From an uncultured Brevundimonas sp. (GTDB lineage: Bacteria > Pseudomonadota > Alphaproteobacteria > Caulobacterales > Caulobacteraceae), in contig CAUPWX010000012.1 of assembly GCA_963515305.1 (NCBI GenBank), positions 5,144-69,143 on the forward strand: DNA of 64,000 nt. The letters are read 5' to 3'. Each line of letters begins with the position of its first letter. The first letter of the stretch is position 1. Below are positions 42,977 to 51,155 of this stretch, piece after piece. Under the pieces are notes generated by a model. That model was not told the origin of the DNA, did no database searches, and was given only the letters and a program-made list of their open reading frames with translations. A program made the position numbers and the translations under genes.

Positions 42977-43347
42977 CCCACTCCATCCATATCGGCATCG
43001 GCGGCTGGACGTTCGAGCCGTGGCGGGGAGTCTTCTATCCCGAGGGGTTGGTGCAAAAGCGCGAGCTGGAATATGCGGCGTCGAAACTGACCTCGATCGA
43101 GATCAACGGCACCTATTATTCGACCTTCAAGCCCGACAGCTGGAAGAAATGGCGCGACGAGACGCCGGACGGTTTCGTGTTTTCGGTCAAGGCCAGCCGG
43201 TACTGCACCAATCGGAAAGTGCTGTCCGAGGGCGGCGAAAGCTTCGAGCGATTCCTGAGCCAAGGTCTGACCGAACTGGGCGACAAGCTGGGCCCGATCA
43301 ACTGGCAGTTCATACCTTGCCCTACTAATGCACAAGCCCTGCATTAG
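42973..43347 (+). pseudogene. DUF72 (YecE-like) gene truncated by prophage insertion
   Basis: IGIGGWTFEPWRGVFYP, IEINGTYY, FVFSVKASR, LGDKLGPINWQF, then 11 unrelated residues and a stop; roughly half the normal family length. Confidence 0.85.
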
Positions 43348-43393
43348 GCGTTCTCGCCGCCCTTAAGTCCGCGCACCGCCAGCTAAATATGCG

Positions 43394-45814
43394 GTGCGAG
43401 AAACCTTCAAAGACAAACTGGCGCGTCAGATCGCGCTTGAGGACGAGAGCCGTGCGCTCGGCGCCAGCCGATACCGCGCGCGCCGCCCGCTACCGTGGCG
43501 ACACGAACCTTCCAGCACCGACGAGGAAGGCGACCTGCCACCCGGCCGACAGCTATTGCGACTGGCGATTCAGCCCACGGCCGAGGCTATCCGTTCGTTC
43601 TGCGATGTCGTGAACCACGGCGGCGGAAGCCGCATCCCAGAAGCCGCCCTGATCCTGTCCAGTGTCGGCGCCGAAGAGGCCGCCTATCTGACCGGGCGCG
43701 TGATCCTGTCGGCCGCCGCCGAGGGCAAGAAGCTGACGGCAACGGCCATCGCAGTCGCCGACGCCATCATTGAACATCAGCAGATGGAGAACCTTCGCCG
43801 CGCCCGCGCCGATGTGTTCAAGGGCGTCCTCCGCGTTCAGGCCCATGGCGTCCGCTCGCTCAAGATGAAGCGCAAGATTCAGGCCGTCATGGCCGATTGC
43901 GGTTTCGACCAGCCCTTCCCACTGGCGATGCGAATCCGCACGGGCGTCAAGGCCATCGAACTGTTCTGCGACGCGACCGACCTGTTCGCCATCGAGAGCC
44001 AAGGCCAGCGCACAAAATACGTTCGGCCGACCGAGGCCGTTCACAAGTGGCTGGAACAGCAACACGCCCGCTGCGAACTGCTTGAGCCGATCAGCCTACC
44101 CATGATCGTGCGCCCCCGCCGTTGGTCGTCGCCTTTCAAGGGCGGCTACATCACCAAGCGGCCGGGCAACCGGCTCGTGAAACAGGCGAACGCCGCCTAC
44201 CACGATCAGCTTCGCGACCAGATGATGCCCGCCGTCTATGACGCCGTGAACGCGGTTCAGGAGACGGCTTGGAAGATCAACGGCCCCGTCCTCGCGATCA
44301 TGCGCGAAATCTGGGACGGCGGCGGCGAACTCGGAGACCTCCCCGCTCGCAACCCGCAGCCGATCCCGCCGCGCCCGGCCGACTACGCCGAGAATGAAGA
44401 GGCCGCCAATCGCTGGAAACGCGAGGCTTCAGACATTCATGATCTAAACGCAAAGAATGTCAGCAAGAAGCTGGCCCTGTCGCAACGTCTCTGGGTGGCG
44501 ACGAAGTTCGCCGACGAAGAAGCCATCTACTTCCCCCACAGCCTCGACTTCCGAGGCCGGGTCTATCCGCTGGCGACCGGCGGACCTCACCCGCAGGGCG
44601 ATGATGTCGCCAAGGCTCTGCTGACCTTCGCCGATGGTCATCCGATCACCGAAGACGGCGCCCGCTGGCTGGCGATCCACCTTGCGGGCCTGTTCGGCAT
44701 CGACAAGGTGTCATTCGACGAGCGTGTGCAGTGGGTGTGGGACAATCAGACCGCCATCCTCGACAGCGCGGCCGACCCTCTCGACGGTCAAAGGTTCTGG
44801 GCGACGGCGGACAGCCCGTTCATGGCCTTGGCCGCGTGTCTGGAATGGGCGGGCTACATCCGCGAAGGCGCCGACTTCATCAGTCACCTTCCGGTCAGCC
44901 TCGACGGGTCGAACTCCGGCCTTCAGCACTTCTCGGCCATGCTCCGTGACCCCATCGGAGCGAAGGCCGTCAACCTCGAACCGGGCGACCGGCCGCAGGA
45001 CATCTACAGCGATGTCGCCGCCGCCGTTCAGGCCCGCGTGAACGAGAGCTACGACCCGGCCGCGACTGCATGGAAGGGCAACAAGGTCACGCGCAAGATC
45101 ACCAAACGCCCGGTCATGACCTTCACCTACTCGGCAACGAAATACGGCTACTGCGATCAAATCCTCCAGACGCTTCGCGAGATCGACGGCGCCGGTCAGC
45201 CCTACCTCGACGCTGACAACTATGTGGCGGCTCGCTACATGGCGGCTGAAATCTGGGACGGCGTTCAGGGCACTGTTGTCGCCGCAGCCGAGGCCATGGC
45301 GTGGCTGCGAACGGTCGCGTCGATCATGACCAAGGCCGGTGTCCCGATCCGGTGGACGGCGCCCACGGGTCTGCCCGTCCTCCAAGTCTACAAGAGCCGC
45401 AAGGCCGACCTGATCCGCGTCGTCTACAAGGGCCAGCGCATCCGGCTACAGGTCAGGAACGAACTGTCCAAACTGGACAGCAAGCGTCAGGCGAACGGCA
45501 TCAGTCCGAACCTGATCCACAGCATGGACGCCTCGCATTTGATGGGCGTGGCGAACCGTTGCTACGACCACGACATCCGCTCGCTGGCCGTGGTCCATGA
45601 CAGCTTCGGCGTCCACGCCGCCCGCGTGTCGGACCTCCAAAACATCCTCCGCGACACCTTCGCCGAACTCTACGAGACCAACTGGCTTGAGGTGTTTCGA
45701 GAAGAGTTCATCGCGCAGCTTCCGCCGGAATGGGCCGACAAAATCCCGCCGGTCCCGGCCCTTGGCGACTTCGACATCCAGCAGGTTCGACGCAGCCCCT
45801 ACCTGTTCGCGTGA
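43394..45814 (+). CDS. Phage single-subunit DNA-directed RNA polymerase
   Basis: DFRGRVY, motif A DGSNSGLQH, motif B RKITKRPVMTFTY, PNLIHSMDASH, motif C VHDSFG, C-terminal YLFA. Confidence 0.97.
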   Translation: MRETFKDKLARQIALEDESRALGASRYRARRPLPWRHEPSSTDEEGDLPPGRQLLRLAIQPTAEAIRSFCDVVNHGGGSRIPEAALILSSVGAEEAAYLTGRVILSAAAEGKKLTATAIAVADAIIEHQQMENLRRARADVFKGVLRVQAHGVRSLKMKRKIQAVMADCGFDQPFPLAMRIRTGVKAIELFCDATDLFAIESQGQRTKYVRPTEAVHKWLEQQHARCELLEPISLPMIVRPRRWSSPFKGGYITKRPGNRLVKQANAAYHDQLRDQMMPAVYDAVNAVQETAWKINGPVLAIMREIWDGGGELGDLPARNPQPIPPRPADYAENEEAANRWKREASDIHDLNAKNVSKKLALSQRLWVATKFADEEAIYFPHSLDFRGRVYPLATGGPHPQGDDVAKALLTFADGHPITEDGARWLAIHLAGLFGIDKVSFDERVQWVWDNQTAILDSAADPLDGQRFWATADSPFMALAACLEWAGYIREGADFISHLPVSLDGSNSGLQHFSAMLRDPIGAKAVNLEPGDRPQDIYSDVAAAVQARVNESYDPAATAWKGNKVTRKITKRPVMTFTYSATKYGYCDQILQTLREIDGAGQPYLDADNYVAARYMAAEIWDGVQGTVVAAAEAMAWLRTVASIMTKAGVPIRWTAPTGLPVLQVYKSRKADLIRVVYKGQRIRLQVRNELSKLDSKRQANGISPNLIHSMDASHLMGVANRCYDHDIRSLAVVHDSFGVHAARVSDLQNILRDTFAELYETNWLEVFREEFIAQLPPEWADKIPPVPALGDFDIQQVRRSPYLFA

Positions 45815-45817
45815 TCC

Positions 45818-46138
45818 ATGGGCCAGCTATTGAACACTCGAACCAATCCCATGAACCCATTGCCCTCCATCGGTGATCGCGTCCGCACGGATTCGACGGT
45901 CGCCCTCCTGCGCGAGCCAGCCTTCGCACTGCTGTCTCGCATCCAAGACGCCAACCCGTCCGATCAGGTCCGCGCTCTGTTTCTGGTCGCCGCCGTGATC
46001 TCCGACGCCATCGGCATCGACGGCCACGACGCCCTGAACAGCGCGAAGCGAATGCTCTCGACGGCCGAAGGTCCGCACACCGTCCACGTCCAAGCGATCC
46101 GCGATTACGCAGACGGCGAGTTGCGCCGCGTTGAGTGA
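45818..46138 (+). CDS. Phage hypothetical protein
   Basis: ORF directly after RNAP with phage-like codon usage; alternative start 45851. Confidence 0.65.
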   Translation: MGQLLNTRTNPMNPLPSIGDRVRTDSTVALLREPAFALLSRIQDANPSDQVRALFLVAAVISDAIGIDGHDALNSAKRMLSTAEGPHTVHVQAIRDYADGELRRVE

Positions 46139-46461
46139 ACCCTGACGTAAATGTCTTCGTCGCGCTGGCCCGGCTGATGCAGTCGAACGCCGCGCACTTC
46201 CTCATGCCGACCGATCTGGCGGACGAGGCGTCGGCGTGGCTCCTGTCGCAAGCCATCCAACACGACTTGAACGACCTCTACATCATGGGGCGCGAACCTA
46301 CAGGCGGAACCCTGATCTCGATTCCCGACGACCTCGGCGCCCTCGCATTTAGGATGTGGGGGTCCGATGAAGTCGTTGGGCCTGTCGTCTTCGGTTCATC
46401 AAAGCCCTCTGACACTTTACGCTGCAAGTGTTCCTTGGCTTCCCGCGCTTCAGGTAGGTAA
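46135..46461 (+). CDS. Phage hypothetical protein
   Basis: GTGA overlap with the upstream stop; 3' end overlaps the antisense Zn-finger gene. Confidence 0.5.
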   Translation: MNPDVNVFVALARLMQSNAAHFLMPTDLADEASAWLLSQAIQHDLNDLYIMGREPTGGTLISIPDDLGALAFRMWGSDEVVGPVVFGSSKPSDTLRCKCSLASRASGR

Positions 46462-46735
46462 ACTCCGCGCCGCAACATTCGCAGTTTGCTGTCGCCTCGA
46501 CGCCCAAGCCTCTGGCTTCTGGCTTTCCCATGGCCCGCCGCTTGGCCGCCATGACTTTGCAGCCATCATGACAGAAGCGTCTGGCTTGAAACGAGAACGG
46601 TAGTTCTGCGCCGCAGTAGGCGCATCCACCTTCGTCTTCTGTGAGAATTCGCGGCTCCGGTTTTTCCTCGTCCACCGTGTGCGGCGCCAGCAGTTCTTCG
46701 ATCTTCGCGGCCCACCGGCCCTCACATTTGAGCAT
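46349..46735 (-). CDS. Antisense tandem Cys4 zinc-finger protein, putative DNA-binding regulator
   Basis: CAYCG...RRFCHDGCKVMAAKRR and CECCG...RNTCSVKCQRALMNRRR; ATG at 46735. Confidence 0.65.
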   Translation of the reverse strand: MLKCEGRWAAKIEELLAPHTVDEEKPEPRILTEDEGGCAYCGAELPFSFQARRFCHDGCKVMAAKRRAMGKPEARGLGVEATANCECCGAEFTYLKRGKPRNTCSVKCQRALMNRRRQAQRLHRTPTS

Positions 46736-46791
46736 CCCATATTTAACCCGGATGCCCGCCCCCAATCCATTTTCTTGAAAGGGCAATCGCC

Positions 46792-46977
46792 ATGAATTTC
46801 GTTCGCGATTACATCCTGCCGCGCCTCAAAGAGCGCAGCACCTACGTCGGTCTCGTGGCTCTCGCGACCGCACTCGGCATCGCCGTTGATCCGGCCTATG
46901 TCGATGTCGCTCTGGCAGTCGGCGCCGCTATCGGTGGCGTGATTGGCATCGTCTGGAAAGACGCGCCCGCCGCGTGA
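46792..46977 (+). CDS. Holin-like two-TM protein
   Basis: 61 aa; RLKERSTYVGL followed by two hydrophobic helices. Confidence 0.55.
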   Translation: MNFVRDYILPRLKERSTYVGLVALATALGIAVDPAYVDVALAVGAAIGGVIGIVWKDAPAA

Positions 46978-47189
46978 GCAGACACCAGCCCGCCGCTCAC
47001 GGCGTCCGCGACACCTTCCCGACCAACATCCCCGACCTCATCAAGTGGCTCGACACCTTCTGTCCAGAGCCTATGCCGCGCCCCGGCCAGACGATTGAGG
47101 AAGTGATGTTCGCGGCCGGTCGCCGCGATCTCGCCCGCCAACTTCAACGCCAGTTCGAACGATCTCTTGAGCGGCCGAACGCCCTCTAA
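46974..47189 (+). CDS. Phage hypothetical protein
   Basis: GTGA-coupled ORF; LIKWLD..CP...MFAAGRR. Confidence 0.65.
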   Translation: MSRHQPAAHGVRDTFPTNIPDLIKWLDTFCPEPMPRPGQTIEEVMFAAGRRDLARQLQRQFERSLERPNAL

Positions 47190-47201
47190 CGGAGACCGCT
47201 C

Positions 47202-47498
47202 ATGTGTTCCCTTTTCAAGAAACCAAAGGTGGTTTCTGCGCCGGTCGCGGCTGACGCCCCGATCCTTCGCAACCCCTATCTTGACGGCCTCGACGCCGTT
47301 GTGCGCGCCCGTCAGGGCGGTGTTCGCTCGCTGACGATCCGCAAGGCCACGGGCACACCGACCGTCCCCGGCGCCACGACTACACCGCCCAACCCGACGC
47401 TCCCGGCAACGCCGAACGTCGCCACCGGAAACACTCTCTCCGACCTCGCGCGCCCGTCGCTGGCGATCACGAGCAGAACCCTCTCTTCGAAAGTCTAA
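47202..47498 (+). CDS. Small virion assembly protein (T7 gp7.3-like position)
   Basis: MC..FKKPK N-terminus, Pro/Thr-rich, immediately before the portal; SD GGAG. Confidence 0.65.
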   Translation: MCSLFKKPKVVSAPVAADAPILRNPYLDGLDAVVRARQGGVRSLTIRKATGTPTVPGATTTPPNPTLPATPNVATGNTLSDLARPSLAITSRTLSSKV

Positions 47499-47507
47499 CC
47501 CTACCGC

Positions 47508-49028
47508 ATGAAGACCGCAGCAGCGCGTTTCAGCGCGCTGTCGGTCGCCCGCAACTCCGTTCTGGAGAAGGCGCGTGAGGCATCGCGGCTGACCATTCCC
47601 GGCTTGATCCCAGTGATCGGCCAGAGTGAACACTACAGCCCGACCCAACCCTATCAGTCGGCGGGCGCACACGGCCTCCGCAGCCTGTCGGCGCGGTTGC
47701 TCTCGACCCTGTTTCCGACCTCGGTTCAGTTCTTCCGACTGGAACTCGACGCCTTCGCGGCGGCGCAGCTTCAGGCCGACAAGAACGACGTAGACACCCG
47801 CCTGTCGCAGGTGGCCGAGACGACCGCCGCGATGATGGACGACCTCAAGGTCCGTCCCGCGCTGGCAGAGGTCATCAAGCAACTGATCGCAGCGGGCAAC
47901 GTCGTGGCCTGCCTGCCGCAGGACCGCGCCCCGCGCGTCTATCGCATCGACCAGTTCGTGTTGAAGCGCGACAACTACGGCCAGTTCACCGACATCATCA
48001 TCCAAGAGAAGGTCTGGCCTTCGACGCTCCCCGAGGCCGTTCGCACCGCCCTTGGCGTCAAGCTCGACCCGAACACGGACGAAAAGCAGATCGATGTTTA
48101 CACCGTTGTCGAACAACGGGACGGCAAGGTCACGCACTGGCAGGAGATCGAGGGCAAGGAAGTCCCCGGCTCCAAGTCCGACCCCATCCCGACCGATCAG
48201 GCTGGATGGCTCGCCCCGCGTTGGACCGTCGTTCCCGGTAGCGACTATGGCCGCAGCCACGTCACCGAATATCTCGGCGACCTCCTGTCGATGGACGACA
48301 ACTACAAGGCCATCACGCAGTTCGCGGCTATCGCCTCTCGCGTCGTCACGGTCGTTAATCCGAACTCGTCGCTTGATGTCGCGGAACTCGCGGCGGCCGA
48401 ATCCGGCGACTACATCTATGGCGAACCCGATACCATCCAGACGCTCGGTCTGAACAAATCGCAGGACTTTGCCGTCATCAAGGACGTGACCGCGACCATT
48501 GAGGCGCGGGTCAAAGAAGCGTTCCTCGTCGCTAACTATCGCGACGCAGAGCGTGTCACGGCCGAGGAAATCCGCAGCCAATCCGAAGAACTGGAAAACG
48601 GTTTGGGCGGCACCTTCTCGGTGCTGGCTTCCGAACTCCAACAGCCGATTGCAGCGCGTTATCTCTATGTCGCGGCACAGCGCAAACTCATCCCCGCCAT
48701 CCCCGAGGGCATCCGTCCGAAGATCGTGACGGGTCTGGCCGCGCTTGGTCGGGCCGCAGAGGTGAATCGCCTCCGCACGTTCGCCGCCGACGCCATCCAA
48801 ATCCTGACGCCGCAAGTCTTCGCCAGCCTCGTGAACGCACCCGCGTTCTTGAGCCGCCTTGGCAATGAACACGGCGTCTCAAGCCTCGAAACCCTCCTGA
48901 AGACGGAGGACCAAATGGCCCAAGAGCAGCAGCAAGCCATGGCGCAACAGGCCATGCAAGCCGCGACCCCGGCCATCGCGGAAGCCGCCATCGGCGCGGC
49001 GACCCAAGACCCTAACCAAGGAACTTAA
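47508..49028 (+). CDS. Head-tail connector (portal, T7 gp8-like)
   Basis: LTIP, PYQSAGAHGL, YGRSHV.EYLGDL, RDAERVTAEEIR, ELENGLGG.FS.L..ELQ.P. Confidence 0.95.
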   Translation: MKTAAARFSALSVARNSVLEKAREASRLTIPGLIPVIGQSEHYSPTQPYQSAGAHGLRSLSARLLSTLFPTSVQFFRLELDAFAAAQLQADKNDVDTRLSQVAETTAAMMDDLKVRPALAEVIKQLIAAGNVVACLPQDRAPRVYRIDQFVLKRDNYGQFTDIIIQEKVWPSTLPEAVRTALGVKLDPNTDEKQIDVYTVVEQRDGKVTHWQEIEGKEVPGSKSDPIPTDQAGWLAPRWTVVPGSDYGRSHVTEYLGDLLSMDDNYKAITQFAAIASRVVTVVNPNSSLDVAELAAAESGDYIYGEPDTIQTLGLNKSQDFAVIKDVTATIEARVKEAFLVANYRDAERVTAEEIRSQSEELENGLGGTFSVLASELQQPIAARYLYVAAQRKLIPAIPEGIRPKIVTGLAALGRAAEVNRLRTFAADAIQILTPQVFASLVNAPAFLSRLGNEHGVSSLETLLKTEDQMAQEQQQAMAQQAMQAATPAIAEAAIGAATQDPNQGT

Positions 49029-49882
49029 TGAGCCTCGAAAGCCCGGTCACAGAGACCACCTCGCCCGCACCTGACTATTCCCAGCTTCCGGCGTCGGCCT
49101 TTCCAGAGGGCGCAGACCCCTCGACCTACAAAGACTCCCTGTCGGCGCCGGAGACCCCGGCCAAGCCGGAGCGTCCCGCCCACATCTCGGAGAAATTCTG
49201 GGATGCGGAAGCGGGCACGATCCGCGTCGATGACATGGCGAAATCGTATGCGGAACTGGAAGCCAAGCTTCGGTCTCCCAAGTCCGAGGACAAGCCCGCA
49301 GACCAAGCGGACAAGCCGAACGATCTGACTATCGAACCCGCCAAGCCGGAGGCTCCGGCCGAGGCCGAGGCGAACCCGATCACGACCGCTTTCGAGTCCT
49401 TCGCCAAGCACTACGAAGACACCAAGGGCCAGCCCGCCGAGGATCAGATCGCGGAGCTTGTGAAGCTGGGCGTCCCGCAGAACACCATCGAGAACTACCT
49501 TGCTGGCATGTCGGCCCTGTCCCAACTCGCATTCCAACAGGCCCATGCGACAGCGGGCGGCCAAGACATCTTCGACGCGGCGTCGGATTGGGCTTCCAAG
49601 TCCCTGACCGCCGCCGAGATCGACAGCTACAATACCCTCGTCACGAACTCGAACACCGCCAAACAAGGCGTCGAATGGCTCGTGGCGAAATACAAGGCGG
49701 CGCATCCGTCCGAAGGCTCGTTCGTCGAGTCCACGCCGGGCGCCGCAGTCGGCGACGTGTTCCGATCCAAGTCGGAAATGGTCGCCGCCATGAAGACCGA
49801 CCGATACCAGACTGACCGAGCCTATGTGGCCGAGGTCGCTGAAAAGGTCGCCCGCTCGCAAGCAGCCGGAACGCTGCTCTAA
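49028..49882 (+). CDS. Capsid scaffolding protein (gp9-like)
   Basis: Acidic; MAKSYAELE; AGG...WA; C-terminal EMVAAMKTDRY..DRAY...V; between portal and capsid. Confidence 0.88.
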   Translation: MSLESPVTETTSPAPDYSQLPASAFPEGADPSTYKDSLSAPETPAKPERPAHISEKFWDAEAGTIRVDDMAKSYAELEAKLRSPKSEDKPADQADKPNDLTIEPAKPEAPAEAEANPITTAFESFAKHYEDTKGQPAEDQIAELVKLGVPQNTIENYLAGMSALSQLAFQQAHATAGGQDIFDAASDWASKSLTAAEIDSYNTLVTNSNTAKQGVEWLVAKYKAAHPSEGSFVESTPGAAVGDVFRSKSEMVAAMKTDRYQTDRAYVAEVAEKVARSQAAGTLL

Positions 49883-50132
49883 AGCACCCTTAAGACCACG
49901 CCCGCCTGCCTCCATAGAGGCTCGCCAGCGAGGCCGCACAGTTCCCAGCGCAAACCGGGAACTGACCGTCCACGGACGGGCGGCCGGTGAAAGCCCGGCC
50001 TAACCCTTTCTCCCAAATCAAAGCGGAAACATCCGGCTGCGAAGAGGCCGGTTTCGACCGCACAACCTCATGCGCCAGCGGACTCCGATTGATCGACGGG
50101 AGCCAAAAACTCTCTCTCAATCAAGGAGCCTA
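49883..50132 (+). ncRNA. Highly structured ~250-nt intergenic/leader RNA candidate upstream of the major capsid gene
   Basis: At least six consecutive stem-loops (see findings). Confidence 0.5.
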
Positions 50133-51101
50133 ATGGCTAACTCCACCCCCTCGAATCCCGGCTACAAGGCCGGTGATACTGCTGGCACCAACAACCTGCT
50201 GCTCGACATCTTCGGCGGCGAGGTTCAGGCGGCCTACGAACGCATGACTATCATGCGCGACAAGCATCGCGTCTTCGCGCTGGCCAACGGCAAATCGCTG
50301 CGCTTCCCCCGCGTCGGCCGCGCAACCGCGTCCTACCACACGCCCGGCACTGAAATCGTCGGCAAGCAAATCGGCCACGACGAGATCATCCTGACCTCGG
50401 ACGACAAGCTGATCTCCGACGTGTTCGTCGCCGACATCCACGAAATCCTGAACCACTTCGACATTCGCTCGGAATACGTTCGCCAACTGGCTGAAGCTCT
50501 GGCCGTCCAGTTCGACCAGAACGCCATGCGCGCTGTCGTCAAGGCTGCTCGCGCCACCGATCTGCTCGGCACCTCGGGCGGCGGCGCACCGACCCCGGTC
50601 GTGGACTCCGCTATGGCGACCGACGCCACGAAGCTGTTCGACGCCTTCTCCAAGGCCAAGGAAGCCCTCGACGGCAAGAACGTCCGCGTCGATATGGTCG
50701 ATGTGTTCGGCCTCGTGAAGAACGCCCAATGGTATCTGATGGCGCGCTCGGACAAGAACCTGAACCGCGACTACAATGGCGGTGACGCTTCGCTCCGCAA
50801 GCACACGCTCGAAACCATCGACGGCATCAAGATCGTCAAGTCCAACATCGCGCCGTTCGGCAACGATGACTCGGCCAACCTCGACATCCCGGCTCGCTAT
50901 CGTCTGAAGATGGGCACGACTGTCGGCGCGGTCTGGACCAAGGACGCTATCGGCACCGCCGAAGTTCAGGGTCTCTCGGTTCAAACCGAAGACCAGATCA
51001 GCAAGCAAGGCACTCTCATCCTCGCCCGTCAGATGACCGGCACCGATGTCTTCCGTGCCTCGGATGCGGTCGAACTCCGCACCGGCGCCATCCCGGCCTA
51101 A
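50133..51101 (+). CDS. Major capsid protein (gp10-like)
   Basis: LLLDIFGGEV..AY, GKSLRFPRVGR..ASYHTPG, DIRSEY..QLAEALA..FDQ; SD AAGGAG before ATG 50133. Confidence 0.95.
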   Translation: MANSTPSNPGYKAGDTAGTNNLLLDIFGGEVQAAYERMTIMRDKHRVFALANGKSLRFPRVGRATASYHTPGTEIVGKQIGHDEIILTSDDKLISDVFVADIHEILNHFDIRSEYVRQLAEALAVQFDQNAMRAVVKAARATDLLGTSGGGAPTPVVDSAMATDATKLFDAFSKAKEALDGKNVRVDMVDVFGLVKNAQWYLMARSDKNLNRDYNGGDASLRKHTLETIDGIKIVKSNIAPFGNDDSANLDIPARYRLKMGTTVGAVWTKDAIGTAEVQGLSVQTEDQISKQGTLILARQMTGTDVFRASDAVELRTGAIPA

Positions 51102-51110
51102 CAATACATT

Positions 51111-51148
51111 TAAGGGTCGTCCTCTCCGTGAGGGCGGCCCTTATTTTT
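51111..51148 (+). terminator. T-phi-like terminator after capsid
   Basis: TAAGGGTCGTCCTC-TCCGT-GAGGGCGGCCCTTA-TTTTT. Confidence 0.88.
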
Positions 51149-51155
51149 GTAGCCT

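Noticed and set aside
43290..43400. Alphaproteobacterial LexA box (GTTC-N7-GTTC) or tRNA at the prophage junction
   Set aside because: Single GTTC occurrences lack a partner at N7; no cloverleaf is visible
43389..43613. 74-aa ATG ORF overlapping the RNAP start
   Set aside because: Out-of-frame shadow with no motif; a regulatory role cannot be excluded but nothing supports it
49955..50000. Hammerhead ribozyme in the capsid leader (CTGA...GAAA)
   Set aside because: The core reads CUGACCG rather than CUGANGA, and the stems do not fit the hammerhead topology
50070..50132. Upstream extension of the capsid ORF given in the track
   Set aside because: A strong SD precedes ATG 50133; the extension lies in the structured leader
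51060..51110. T7 10A/10B-type programmed frameshift at the capsid end
   Set aside because: No slippery sequence is visible, and a terminator follows immediately
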